DNA of 64,000 nucleotides, taken from assembly GCA_964016885.1 (NCBI GenBank), contig OZ024750.1, positions 11,718,001 through 11,782,000 of the forward strand. The letters are read 5' to 3'. Each line of letters opens with the position of its first letter. The first letter of the stretch is position 1. Source of the DNA: Eledone cirrhosa (lineage: Eukaryota). Shown here in pieces: positions 10,164 through 22,872 of the stretch. The notes beneath the pieces are model-generated. The model was not told the origin of the DNA. It did no database searches and saw nothing but the letters and a program-made list of their open reading frames with translations. Made by a program: the position numbers and the translations under genes.

Positions 10164-10559
10164 GCCCCCCCCCCCCCACACACACACAACTCCATAGTTT
10201 CAGAGCTGTGATCTCTCAGATTCAGAGAGGTAGTGGGTGACACCTGATGATACATCTATTCCTCAATTAATACTCTTCTCTGCTGTGTTTTGACAATAGT
10301 TATCTACATTTTGTTGCTTATAGTAAGATAAGAATGTATATAGCACAACTCAAGTAAAAGCTAAGCTTTAATTATGTATGAACCGGAATCTCTTGAGGGA
10401 ATTATAGGAATGCTGTAGTGACACACAGCATTTCTTGGGACATTTTTTAAACCTGGCAAAACCCATCTCCTCTCCAGGTCTGGATACAGCCTATTTCTTC
10501 CAGAGGATAAAGTATGAGAGAAAGGAAGTGAGAAAAATATAGAAGAAGAATTGACCCCA

Positions 10560-10770
10560 GTATTAGATTGGCAGAATTGGTAGAGCTTCAGATAAAATAC
10601 CATTGTGGTATTTGTTCTGTTCTGGCTTTCGCTTCAAATCCTACCGAGTTAAACTTTGCTTTCCATCCTACCGGGATCAATAAAATAAAGTACCTGTCAA
10701 GAACTGGGGTTGATTTAATCAACTTTGCCCTTCTCCCAAATTTTCTGGCGTTGTGCCTAAATTAGAAATC
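10560..10770 (+). mobile_element. tRNA-derived SINE (same family as 9080-9255)
   Basis: TGGCAGAATTGGTAGAGC A-box, AACTTTGCTTTCCATCC core and GTGCCTAAATTAGAAA end. Confidence 0.75.
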
Positions 10771-11799
10771 AATATATTATATAGCGATGGAACTAAGATT
10801 TCTTAGCAAGAGTAACAGTGACTTCATGTATTACAGTATTAATGCCATGAGATGAACATGTTCCAGCTGGTTTGAAACTAAATTCACTTTATGACACTCA
10901 AAGACTATATTACTGTTATTGATTATTTCTAACATAGATACAAATAGGTTTACAATAGGTTTATGGGAAGAAGGCAATTTTATACTTATCATTTATTTCT
11001 AAGAGCATTCATTAAAAATAGAAGATAAAACAACACCTACCAGGAATTAGAACATTTATAGATGTGGCTAGCTTTTTTGAATCAGGTATGTCAGTTTTCA
11101 AACTTAATTGAAACACATGGGTCGTGTATTTCATTAGGAATATGGTAAGGAATGGATTTATTTTAACCCTTTAAGTAATCCTTGATAACAAGATATTTCA
11201 GGAAAACTGAATTTGTGAAAGGTTTAAGCTTAAAGGGATGATCCGACTTAGGTTTAAAATATAAATACTATGTATCAGAGAAGACTGAATTGATGTTTGC
11301 TCTGACAAAAGTAGAAAGGAGCAGAATTGTGGTTACCAATGTATTACTTCCTTAACAGCTGAGCAGAATCAAAGACTGATTTATCATTGAATCACATATT
11401 TCAGCGTGTGGCATTCAAGATATTTGAAGGAGCTGAGCCTCCGACAATGAAGGTTTTGTCATTGTTGGTGGTTCATCTTATTAAAGTATAAGGTGATGCG
11501 TATGAGGGGTATTTGGTTGTTCCAGTGCCTTAGCCTTATTATTGCTTGCAGTAATGCCACAAGTCTTTAGGGTTGCCTCAGAAATGCCACGAGTCTTTAG
11601 GGTTGTCTCAGAAATCTTTTATACACCAACACTAGCATTCTCTGCTGTAATTAAGGGAGTATGCATGTCTTATTTTTTTTTCTGACCTATTTTTATTCTT
11701 ATTGTCCACCTTTTTGTGTAATAAAATAGTTTGATTTAAAAATAAATCTAAAAAAAAATAATAAACATGAGAAAAACTTGCCATGTTAAACTATGTTAA

Positions 11800-12016
11800 C
11801 CCTTTAGCATTTGCAATATTCTCTATATACTATTGTATTTTCGTGGTGAAGGCTTTATCTTACATTATTATCTCACGTATCAAATTTATGAGATTTTGAT
11901 ATTATTCATTTTAAGAACAATACTTTAACAATGGTCTGAGTGGCCAGTTATGGCTGGTTTGGGCAGTGGAGGTGAGAGAATTCTGGCCGAATACAGTCGG
12001 TTTGAATGCTAAAGGG
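11800..12016. mobile_element. TTAA-flanked (piggyBac-like) MITE
   Basis: TTAA|CCCTTTAGCATT...AATGCTAAAGGG|TTAA; homologous copies at 15496-15659, 26079-26297 and ~50418-50637. Confidence 0.8.
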
Positions 12017-13087
12017 TTAAGATGGGAAGTATTTCACCAATATCCATGGAAATGTTTAGAAAAATGTAAGTACAATACTGTAAGTACAATATAGACATGA
12101 GTGATGTTTAGTTGCTACAAGTTTCAAGAGCTCTCTCTAGCTTTTGATCTATCTGAGGTAAATAATAATCTTACAACTTGACACACTTTACTTTATTTTT
12201 TTTTCTCTTCCTTTCTTTTTCTCTTTCTTTCTTTCTTTCTTCCTTTCTTCCTTCTTTTCTTTCTTCCTTTTCTTTCTTTCTTCCTTTCTTCCTTTCTTCT
12301 TATTTTCTCTCTCTCTACCCCCTCTCTCTCCAACAACTTGAGTACCTCTTTTCATAGACACTTTACAAATCACAAAATTACCCCCCAATTTGTTGCTAAA
12401 ACTGAATTTCACTATTCTAACCTGCTAGTTTGTAAGTTTTTATTGATTTAACAAAATGACCCCAGTAATTTCATGTTGTTGCTCTTTCCCTGAACTTTGT
12501 TCCTGTAGGTTAAATTTTTCTCTTCTAAATATATATATATTGTCTGTTACTTTTTCTTTTCTTTTCTGTCTAAATCCACTTCATTTGTCATGTTCAATGA
12601 GTACGACTATAAATTGTAGCCTCTAAGCCACACAAACCAGTCTTCACTTTAAACCCACTCCAGTTTGCCATGTTGAATAGTTTTCAACATTGTATTTTTG
12701 TTGTTGTTGTAATTTGTGTTTTTCTTTTCTTAGTATTTCTGGCTTTGTTTTCCTGTCTACCTACAGATAACTTTAGTTTTTCTTTATCTTTAGATTGGTT
12801 TGTTTAAAATAATATATATATATTTTTTTACTATTTTAGTCAGTAAAGAAAGAGCTGTGTTTATGACCCTTTTCAGGGCTCTCTTGTACTGTTGGATAGA
12901 AGGGAGGGAGGAAAGATGGAAGGTATCCTGAAAACAGGGAAACCTAGCTTGAATGCTTGCAAACACAAAGGATTTTGCTGAAGACATCTCTATCATTAAG
13001 TCCTCCCAAAGATCTCTCATGACATACAACATCATAGAAGGCAAGTTAAACACCTAAACAGGTATGAGCCATAACAACACTCTGCTG

Positions 13088-13225
13088 GAAATTGGAGTGT
13101 CTGTTCCAATGTGTCTCCCTCACTGTCCTCTGAGGCAATATATTCTCCATCCTGTTGGCCAGGACCTAGAAATGGAGGGTAAGTTAGTTGGAGATGGAGG
13201 ATACTTGTTCGGATGTCACAAATTT
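13088..13225 (+). mobile_element. Degenerate CRE-like non-LTR retrotransposon C-terminal remnant
   Basis: Translates LECLFQCVSLTVL*GNIFSIL; homologous to the reverse complement of 43965-44095. Confidence 0.55.
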
Positions 13226-13894
13226 ACATATTCTTCACATCATAAAATTATGATGGAAGTCTTCATTTAAACTCTTTCAAAATGACACATTTTGTCTCAT
13301 AGAATAGGGAGCAGGCAGCAGGCTAGTATATAAAAAGGTCTAGCAGCAAAATATAATAAGAAATTTATTTTTAGTATTTGAAATACTTGTGAGAGGGAGG
13401 GATATACTTTCAGATTTTCTCAAGTGACCATTTATAGTACTTTAGTTTAGCATCACTTTACACAGTTTTTAAGATATACCAGTGAAATGTTTAGCACTTC
13501 CTTTAAATAATACTGTTTAAATATCCCCCCCCCCCCCCCTCTCTGTATTCTTGTACTAATTTGTTATCTGGGTATCTGGGAAGTTTTCTCTCTATTGCTG
13601 AATCATAGCTCTTGTTACTGGTTGGTAACTTGACCTTGCTTAAAATGTGACTTCTACACACAGAGAAACAAATAAAAGAAGATACTTTATTGACCCTGGA
13701 ATCATATAAACTCTTCACAGACTTATTAGAATGGTGCCTTGTAATCCTGATAAACATCCAATTATTTCAAGCACTTATCAACTGTATGAGAAATTCTTCA
13801 AGTATTTTTGTTTTATCCTTTTCCTGGTGTCCTGAGATTTAGTGAAATTACAAACTTGATATTTATTTTATTTGTTCTCATCTACAGTCTAAAC

Positions 13895-14041
13895 TAGGCA
13901 TGGGTAACCTTCCTTGAGCAGTGGGCCGTATAGGATGTGGCTCACCATAAGGCGAGCCGCACTAATAAAACAATTCAAAGCAATTTTGAAATTAGGTGTG
14001 CTATTCAGAAAGCCAAAAGGACCGCAGTTTGCCCATGATGT
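13895..14041. mobile_element. hAT-like MITE (inverse orientation to 5318-5464)
   Basis: TAGGCATGGGTAACC...AGTTTGCCCATG ends; internal homology to 5318-5464. Confidence 0.7.
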
Positions 14042-14214
14042 GTTTAATTGATAAGAACTTCTTCCTTCTTTGGGGGTACCACATAATATATCTTTTTCAT
14101 TCTTTAGTATACTTAAAGCTTTACAATGTAGGTAAAAAGTCTACTCCTCTAGGTTTACTTGCTGCTGGGTAGACCATGTTATTGAACCAGGTAAAATTAC
14201 ATATTTATGACCTA

Positions 14215-14685
14215 TCACAAAACAAAACAATGCATGGATGGATGATGTTAGTGGGCATGAAGGAGTTGTGAGAAAAACTGGGTATAAGAGGAATCAGATG
14301 TAGTGTGCAAGAGAGATGATGGTTACTTGATGAAAAAGTGCCAGGAGATGCCAGATGCCTTTGGAAGGAAGCTGCAGTTAAGGAAGACTGAAGAAAAACC
14401 TGGTCAAAGGTGATTACAGGTGATCTCTCAACACTAAACATCATAGTGGAGATCTTGAAGGTCAGCACTGGGTGGTGGTCAGCTGTGTTGGTGAGGAACT
14501 GTCTGGCCTGTGAACCTCACAGAGGAGATCTCAAAGGACCGCACTAGGTGGAGGTAAGCTATGTTGGTGAGGAACTTTCTGGCCTGTGAACCTCCACGAA
14601 GGACAGCACTGGGTGGAGGTAAGCCATGTTGGAGAGGAACTGTCCAACCTATTCAAGCATGAAAAACACGGGTGATAATGATAAA
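14215..14685 (+). mobile_element. Degenerate RTE LINE 3' fragment with internal duplications
   Basis: Homologous to 31585-31884 and 41727-42030 (GAAAAACTGGGTATAAGAGGAATCAGATG; AAGAAAAACCTGG; CAAGCATGAAAAA tail). Confidence 0.65.
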
Positions 14686-15495
14686 TGAAGCAGAGTTATT
14701 TCTTTACAATCACTTATTTATCTTTAGGAAAGAAGTTATTAAAAAATACAAAATATTTGGCCATATACTGTTGGGTAGGTCATTCTGAAACTCTGGGAAT
14801 TTATCTGGATGGTCAAGTATTTTTAGCACCCAAAAGTCAATGTGGTGCTACTTATTTTTAGTTAGGACACAAATAGAACAGTATCTCTCTTATGTCTTGT
14901 TCACAGCCATGATAATGATGTCATACATTATACTTCTTTTAGATCACCTAGTCAATATGTCTCTATAGTTGCTGCTCTTTCTAAATTACTATTATTAATA
15001 TTGTTTTTATTTTTAACCATGTTATTCTAAATTAGACATGTCATTGCTCTTTAGTTTACTTTTGTCAACCTGATCAAAGCCATACTGGAGCAACACCTTC
15101 ATAGTGGATTTCATATATTTCACTAGTTATATATTTTTATCTATGTGACTATAAAAACTAAAATATGACTGGTTATCTGGTAAATATTTCAACAAATTCT
15201 AACAAATTAAAAATAACTTAATGTCTTTACTTGTAAAACCAGTTATAGTAGCTAATTTTCCAGTGTCTACCAGTATTTTTTAATAGGTTAAACAATTCCT
15301 TCACAAGACAATGATCTTTTCTCTTTCTTCTTATGATATAACTGTTATGTCCAGTACCATATAAAGTCACTCTAACATGACATTCTTGAGAAGTGCAAAA
15401 CACCACTATGATGACTGCATCACATTAGAATTTAGTCTTTACTTTAATACTAGTAAAGATATTAAAAAATATTTGAATTAACTAACTTGCCATAA

Positions 15496-15659
15496 CCCTT
15501 TAGCATTTACATCACTCTATATTTACTATTATATTTTCATGGAAAAGGCTTTACCTTACATAATATAGAATCTATGAGATTTTGACATTACTTATTTTGA
15601 GAACAATACCCTAACATCAGTATGAGTGGCTGGATACAGCTGGTTTAAATGCTAAAGGG
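15496..15659. mobile_element. piggyBac-like MITE (internally deleted copy)
   Basis: CCCTTTAGCATTT...AAATGCTAAAGGG|TTAA. Confidence 0.75.
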
Positions 15660-15792
15660 TTAAGATATTTTCAGCTAAATCGTTACAGGGTGTTAAGAGT
15701 TAAAAACAAGTTAGGTTTTTTATTATTTAGTTGTTTAAGTTGTCGTCATTTATTTATATATATTTTTTGTGTGTGTTTCTTACAATTAGTTA

Positions 15793-15959
15793 CCGTATTT
15801 CCTGGCGCCGAAGACGCTTCGTCCTCGAGGACACACCCTAATTGTGACAACCAAAAATATGAAAAAAAAAAAATAATAAACAACCTTTGGCCTCCATGAA
15901 ACAGATTTTTGAGACTTATTTTAGGAAAAAAGTAGCGTCTTCGACGCCGGGAAATACGG
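15793..15959. mobile_element. Tc1/mariner/pogo-like MITE
   Basis: TA|CCGTATTTCCTGGCGCCGAAGACGC...GCGTCTTCGACGCCGGGAAATACGG|TA; second copy inverted at 34481-34631. Confidence 0.85.
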
Positions 15960-16232
15960 TAATATTTAATATAGCATTGTTATGACAATTACCAATGAAG
16001 GTTTGTTATTTAGAATACGAGCTGTTTGTTTGGTATTGGAGACCTTTCTCTTCTTCCACTTAGAGATGTTGCTGAAATGTTAAAATATTCTCTTAGCATT
16101 TAAGCCTTATATTTTAGATAATATATATTTCATGTCATTTGTGACATATTTTCTTTCTTTTTTCTAGAACAAATTTCGTTAAATGAGAAATAGATTAAAC
16201 TGTTACATAACTAAAATATGTTTTATTAATAA

Positions 16233-16411
16233 GGGCGGTGAGCATAGAGTTACGGCTCTTTATGATCTGAGTTCAAATCCCGCCGAAGTTAACTTTGCCG
16301 TTCATCCTTCCGGGGTCGATAAAATAAAGCACCAGTAACGTACTGGGGGGTCGATTTAATCGACTTTCCCCTCCCCTCAAATTACTGGCCTTGTGCCTAT
16401 ACTAGAAATCA
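16233..16411 (+). mobile_element. tRNA-derived SINE (family of 9080-9255)
   Basis: GAGTTCAAATCCCGCCGAAGTTAACTTTGCC..CATCCTTCCGGGGTCGATAAAATAAAG. Confidence 0.8.
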
Positions 16412-16469
16412 TTAAAAGTATTGTTGTTATTATCATTAGAGAGCAGTGGTGAGTTGGCAATATATCATA

Positions 16470-16735
16470 ACCCATATTCATTCAAGACATAAAAACAATA
16501 GGAAATATGGAATTTCACATTTGAAAGTAAAAACCTGTGTAATATTCACCTCCAAAGCAAAAATATATTAGCATCTCATTTACATAGAATTTTGAAGTTG
16601 GTGAAAATTGGCAAAATATTGACACCCCCCCCCCCCCCCCCCTTATGCCATTGATTTTTTTTTTTTTCTTTGTTTTGTTTTGTTTTTTTGTCACACATAT
16701 TTCTCGGCTTCTATATGAGTATATTCAGTAAATAA
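16470..16735 (+). repeat. Unclassified dispersed repeat
   Basis: Aligns by eye with 27160-27425 (AAAAACAATAGG, GTGTAATATTCACCTCCAAAGCAAA, GCAAAATATTGAC). Confidence 0.65.
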
Positions 16736-16974
16736 AAACAGTGTAAAAAATATTTCAGCCTCTCTGGTGGAATATGGAACTCCTGTGTGGTTATGAAATA
16801 ATTTCTGTGTTGGTGGATGCCAAAATTTGTAATTTGATATTTATTATCTTTAGTGAAGTCTACCTACATATGTAATTACCTCTCAGAAGCCACTAGTGGA
16901 AAATGGTAGTTATAAAGAATTAAAGGATTTTTTCATCTTTTTTTTTTTTTTTTGTATGTGATTCTTTCTTACTC

Positions 16975-17560
16975 CCTATCTGTCTTCTTTTCTGTCTGTC
17001 TGTCTGTCTACCTTTCATCCTTCCTATCTGTCTTCTTTTCTGTCTGTCTGTCTGTCTACCTTTCTGTCTGTCTACCTTACTTACTGCCTGCCTACCTGTC
17101 TGTCTACCTTACTGCCTGCCTGCCTACCTGTCTGTCTACCTTACTTACTGCCTGCCTACCTGTCTGTCTACCTTACTTACTGCCTGCCTACCTGTCTGCC
17201 TACCTGTCTGTTTACCTTACTTACTGCCTGCCTACCTGTCTGTCTACCTTACTGCCTGCCTACCTGTCTGTCTACCTTACTTACTGCCTGCCTACCTGTC
17301 TGTCTACCTTACTTACTGCCTGCCTACCTGTCTGTCTACCTTACTTACTGCCTGCCTACCTGTCTGTCTACCTTACTTACTTACTGCCTACCTGTCTGTC
17401 TGTCTACCTTACTTACTGCCTACCTGTCTGTCTGTCTACCTTACTTACTGCCTACCTGTCTGTCTGTCTACCTTACTTACTGCCTGCCTGTCTGTCTGTC
17501 TACCTTACTTACTGCCTGCCTGTCTGTCTGTCTACCTTACTTACTGCCTGCCTGTCTGCC
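16975..17560. repeat. Compound tetranucleotide repeat (CTGT/CTAC/CTTA/CTGC)
   Basis: Seen directly in the sequence. Confidence 0.95.
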
Positions 17561-17645
17561 TTCAACAACATTCTGTTTCTAAATCATGAAATTGTCATCC
17601 ATTTTATAAGGGAATATAAATTGTAGAATCAAGTTGTCAGTATAA

Positions 17646-18131
17646 GCTAGTTAAGTATTACTGGTACACAGTTCCTCAGCTAGTTAAGTATTACTGGTAC
17701 ATAGTTTCTCAGCTGGTTAAGTATTACTGGTACACAGTTCCTCAGCTAGTTAAGTATATTTGGTACAGTTTCTCAGCTAGTTAAGTATTACTGGTACATA
17801 GTTTCTCAGCTGGTTAAGTATTACTGGTACACAGTTCCTCAGCTAGTTAAGTATTTCTGGTACACAGTTCCTCAGCTAGTTAAGTATTACTGGTACACAG
17901 TTTCTCAGCTAGTTAAGTATATTTGGTACACAGTTTCTCAGCTAGTTAAGTATTACTGGTACATAGTTTCTCAGCTGGTTAAGTATTACTGGTACATAGT
18001 TTCTCAGCTAGTTAAGTATATTTGGTACACAGTTTCTCAGCTAGTTAAGTATTACTGGTACATAGTTTCTCAGCTAGTTAAGTATTACTGGTACACAGTT
18101 TCTCAGGTAGTTAAATATTACTGGTACATAG
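17646..18131. repeat. Minisatellite, ~33-bp unit AGCTAGTTAAGTATTACTGGTACACAGTTTCTC, ~15 copies
   Basis: Direct tandem repetition with no unique spacers. Confidence 0.95.
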
Positions 18132-19186
18132 TCTGTCAGGTTTTAGAGAATGTATATCTATATATATGTGTGTATGCCTGACACTACAAAATGTCATATT
18201 GATACAGTTTATAAAAGACATCAACAGTGTCATTATTTATGCCACTGTTGATGTCTTGGCTGCAGTGTGGTGGTTCACTGAACATTGATAGTATATATAT
18301 TTACCATACTTAAAATAAAGTATGGGCTGACATCAGGAAGAGCATCTGGCTATAGAAAACTTGGTCCAAAACGTCTTGTCCCAATTTATTGCAGATGTAA
18401 AAATGGGTATGTCGAAATATTGATTCTTGTTCTTTCTTATGAACTGCAATTATTAAGTTACTGTGTTTTGAAATACATTTATCAATATCAGTATTATTTA
18501 TATGACTTTCTATTATCAATTTACTATTCACTTTGTTTTAGGAATAGACATATTCAGATGATATAGAAATAATATTAGTTGCAACAATGGTTGAGAAGAA
18601 ATAGCACTTGGATTCTGTTATTTAATCCATAAATATATAGAGGTCACCAGTACTTAGTGTAGTAATTGGATGTTTAAAGAATGCTAGACTGGTTTGACTT
18701 GGAAAGTCTTTATTTATTTAGAAACCAAAGGTAGGATGGTGTTGTAAGTAATGTACTGTATGGCAGTGAAATCAGGGCAATTCAATGTAGTTTGTTTGTA
18801 ATCTCTGGAGATGAATTCTGAATACTAGTCACTAAGAATGTAATATATACCTACAATGAGATAAATTAGATTTATGATGAGCCAAGAAAAACAACCAAGA
18901 ACGAGAAACATCAAATGTTACTGGCAAGAGACAGAAACTTAAGTGAGGATTTTTATATTTATTTCATGATAACATAAGTATTATTAGGGATTATTTTTCA
19001 TATTTAGTTGTTTTATAATGATTATCTTCTGTTTATGTTTATAAAATATTTTTACAAAATTACCGTCATAAGTTTTCCTAATCTGAATTAGAATTTGGAG
19101 GAGATTTTTTTTTTTTCCGTTTTCATTTTTATCTTATCTTATCTTGAGTTTTTGGATAAAATCCAGTTAAAATTTGCAAGTTTAAT

Positions 19187-19226
<40 letters not shown>

Positions 19227-20574
19227 ATCTCTCTATTCGTGTCACTCTCTCTATCTCTCCCTATCTATGTCTCCTCTCAATCTGTATCACTCTCTCTACC
19301 TCTGTCTCCTCTCAATCTGTATCACTCTCTCTACCTCTGTCTCTCTATGTCTCCTCTAAATCTGTATCACTCTCTCTACCTCTGTCTCTCTATCTCTCTC
19401 TATCTAACCATGTCTCTACTTATCAGTAACTGACACTGCTGTTTATAACAATCTATATAGTGAAGAGGTCAACTAACTTGATTCAGTTTCTGCTCTCTTG
19501 GATGTTCTTCACACAACAAACTAAATAAAAATATTCAACTCTATATATACCATATGTTTTATTATGTTGCGCTTTCAAATAAATTCTTGTATATTCACCT
19601 CTGCAGAATTGGCTTTCTGCCTAGTCGTAAAATATGATTATCATAGTTAAGATTTTAAATATTCAGTCATTTAAATATTTGCTATATTGTTGGAGCAATT
19701 AAGACCAGACATGGCAGAATGGTTAAAATATTGATTTTGAAATGATGTAGTTTCTTGTTCAACTCTATTATTCAAAGAAATGATAAAGAAGTTTGCTTCA
19801 TAATAATTGTCTTAGATTTTCTTCAACTGTGGCACCTTGGGCAAGTCTCTTTTATGTTAGTTTTGGATTGACCCAAGCCTTGTCAGTAAAGTTTGGTAAA
19901 TTGTGCAGAAGTCTGTTGGGTGGACAAGTTCCTGTTTTTAGGCAGTAAACATAACCTGTTGATCAGTCCAACACCATTGTCTGGGTTTGGGGTGTTTTTA
20001 GTAGAGTTCAGTTGTGTCAAAGACATGACAACCTCCCTGGTGCACTTGCTAGAACTTGGAGCCATACATAAGCAAGACAACAGATCCTTGGCTTGTCTGG
20101 GAGATGAGTAGCCACCACTTCAGTACCAACCCTTGCTAGCAGGGAAAGTGGACGTTAAAATGATGATGATCATTATACTATATGTTGGTTAAGGATCTTA
20201 TTTTTTTAAATCTCTTGAAAATTCTCTGCTATTTTTTAGTTTTATGATATGTAAGTGAATTGGCAGTCATTGGCATTCCATGTTTCTGTACTTTGGGTTG
20301 AAATCCCACTGGTCATGAGTTAGTAAATAATGTACTAGTTAGGGTTAAGGTTCAAGCCGTGTATCTATTTCAGTTCTTTACATTCTGAATTTCCCTTATA
20401 ACATCACTAGTTCCCTTGTCGTTTCCTTGGACACCATTGGTGGCATGGAGGGAACAGATTTCCATATAGGGGTGACATTTGGTCTTCCATAAAAACGACC
20501 CTTACCTAGATCTGGAACTTTCTAGATCCATGGTCCCACAATACATAGGGTGGCCTGGATAGTATATAATGCAA

Positions 20575-20735
20575 TAATTGTTTCTACTTTTTGGCACAAG
20601 GCCAGCAATTACCCCAGTGTATTACTGGTACTTTATTTTATCGACTCCGTAAGGATGAAAGGCAAATTTGAACTCGGACCATAAAGGGCCGTAATTCTAT
20701 GCTGCAAAGAATGGCGTCTGGCCTTCTACCGATAC
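20575..20735 (-). mobile_element. tRNA-derived SINE (family of 9080-9255)
   Basis: CTGGTACTTTATTTTATCGACTCCGTAAGGATGAAAGGCAAA is the reverse complement of the core. Confidence 0.75.
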
Positions 20736-21416
20736 TAGTTTCTGTAGCCATTTAATTCATTAAAACATTTAACTAACATTTCTATCATCATTGTTGCTTT
20801 AACTACATTTATTTTCATGTGATTATTGTATATTAGTATATATGTAACATTGACCAATATAGCAATAAAGCAAATATTCTAGACACTGTATCTTGGCAAG
20901 AGGAACATGGTGTATTATAAGTAGAAAATTGTATGCCAGTTATGGAAGCTGAGAATTAATTTTGGCATTAAATGGTACTTAGTTGTCTGTCCCTGGAAAT
21001 CTTCCATAGTTTTGCTATATACTTATATCTGAATATTTCTCAATAATAGGAAACTATGAGTGGGGAAGAGTGACTTGGTTTGTATTTCTCTGGTAAAATA
21101 TATTCCAATGGTGGCCAAATTAGTTTGGAAGACATATTTTAGTGGGCAATCAGCTCATGGAAAAAATGGATAATTTCGAGTTGAAGACATAATAAAGTTT
21201 ATGTTGACATAAAAATTAATTAGATAATATAAAGAGAAAGATTTGAAAGAATTGGATTGCCAGACAGTTTTATTCTAGCTTTTATTTCATCTTTAAAAGT
21301 GTTTGAGATGACTTATCTCTTATTGGAAATAAGATTAATGTAATGTAATGGTTATATGTAGTTCTCAAACTTTTGAATAGTTTTTATTCCGTTTTAGTAA
21401 GAAACATTGTTTACAT

Positions 21417-22216
21417 CAGTGGTTCCCAACCTTTTGTGCACCATGACCCTCCTCAACATCCCCAAAATTGTTATACCTCCCTCCCATTGATATAAAACTG
21501 ATGATCAACTGCAAAGTGAAAACAAATTGGTGTATAGGTGGTGCCAGAGGTATAATATGTGGAGGAGGAGGTGAAACATGAGTTACGGAGAGTAATGTGT
21601 ACCATATAGGTGGTGTCAGATACATAATGTGGAGGAGGAGGTGAGACAGGAGTTACCAAGAGTGTATCATATAGGTGGGGCCAGATACACAATAACATGT
21701 GTGGAGGAGGTGAGACAGGAGTTACGGAGAGTAATGTGTACCATATAGGTGGGGTCAGATACATAATGTGTGGAGAAGGTGAGACAGGAGTTACCAAGAG
21801 TGTATCATATAGGTGGTGCTGCCAGATACACAATAACATGTGTGGTGGAGGTGAGACAGGAGTTACGGAGAGTAATGTGTACCATATAGGTGGTGCCAGA
21901 TACACAATAACATGTGTGGTGGAGGTGAGACAGGAATTAGCAACAGTAATGTGTACCATATAGGTGGGGCCAGATACACAATATCATGTGTGGTGGAGGT
22001 GAGACAGGAATTAGCAACAGTAATGTGTACCATATAGGTGGGGCCAGATACACAATAACATATGGAGGAGGAGGTGAGACAGTATTGTGTACCAAAGTTG
22101 CCTTGATGTAAATGAAATAAAATAAAAGTTTCTTATTAATATCATTTTCAAATTACCCTCTTTAAATATTCAAATTGCTCCCCTGTGGGGCCTGAACCCC
22201 TTGCTAGAAATCACTG
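21417..22216. mobile_element. hAT-like non-autonomous transposon with internal ~60-70-bp minisatellite
   Basis: CAGTGGTTCCCAAC...GAAATCACTG ends; 8-bp TSD GTTTACAT/TTTTACAT; repeats of GGAGGTGAGACAGGAGTTA..ATAGGTGG..CAGATACA at 21530-22085. Confidence 0.75.
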
Positions 22217-22627
22217 TTTTACATTCTTGTTTCTCATGCAATATAACATGAAACTCTAATAATTAATAAATCAAGCTTTAATATGACATGAACTACTGAT
22301 ATACTGGAGAAATAGTATTAGAATAAAGTAGAGGTTAGTTTGTAATGGGATGAGTCTGTCTGTCATCCCCACTTTTGACCCCCTGATGTCAGTCAATTAA
22401 CATTATCCCTCTAATGTCTTTCAAGTTATAATGAATATATTACAATCCCAATTTCCTACTATCCTATAAAACTGATGTATTGTGTCTCTGTAAGAAATCA
22501 CTGTCAGATCAGATATAAAACATGGACCACTATTGTAATTGTTTGCTCTGGTCACAGTCGTTTAATTAATTATTTTACAGATTTGTATTATGCCAGAGAT
22601 ATGAATATTTACTACCAAATAATTAAA

Positions 22628-22872
22628 TGTCTTCTTCTTTGCCCACTTATTCCTGAGAGGGTCGTGGGGGTCAGTCCTCAAACACTCCTTCCAGTGGGTC
22701 CTGTCAGAAGCAACCATCTCCAATTGATCTAGCTGGATCCCCAAGCGAGACCAACCAAGCTCATGGATGTTATCCAACCATCTTGCTCGGGGGTCTACCC
22801 TTGTGTCACCTGTTGGTTGGTCTTGCTCGTAAAATCTCTCCAGTGATTCTTTCCTGAAACATTCTAACCACA
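22628..22872 (-). mobile_element. RTE-type LINE 3' fragment
   Basis: PRARWLDNIHELGWSRLGIQLDQLEMVASDRTHWK in ORF 22562-22873 matches the RTE C-terminal GRP..W...DR..W pattern. Confidence 0.8.

Noticed and set aside
16952-17626. 224-aa hydrophobic ORF
   Set aside because: It is a translation of a compound tetranucleotide repeat.
17646-18131. CRISPR-like 33-bp repeats (also the 68-bp array at 35199-36372)
   Set aside because: The units are contiguous with no unique spacers, there are no cas genes, and the context is eukaryotic.
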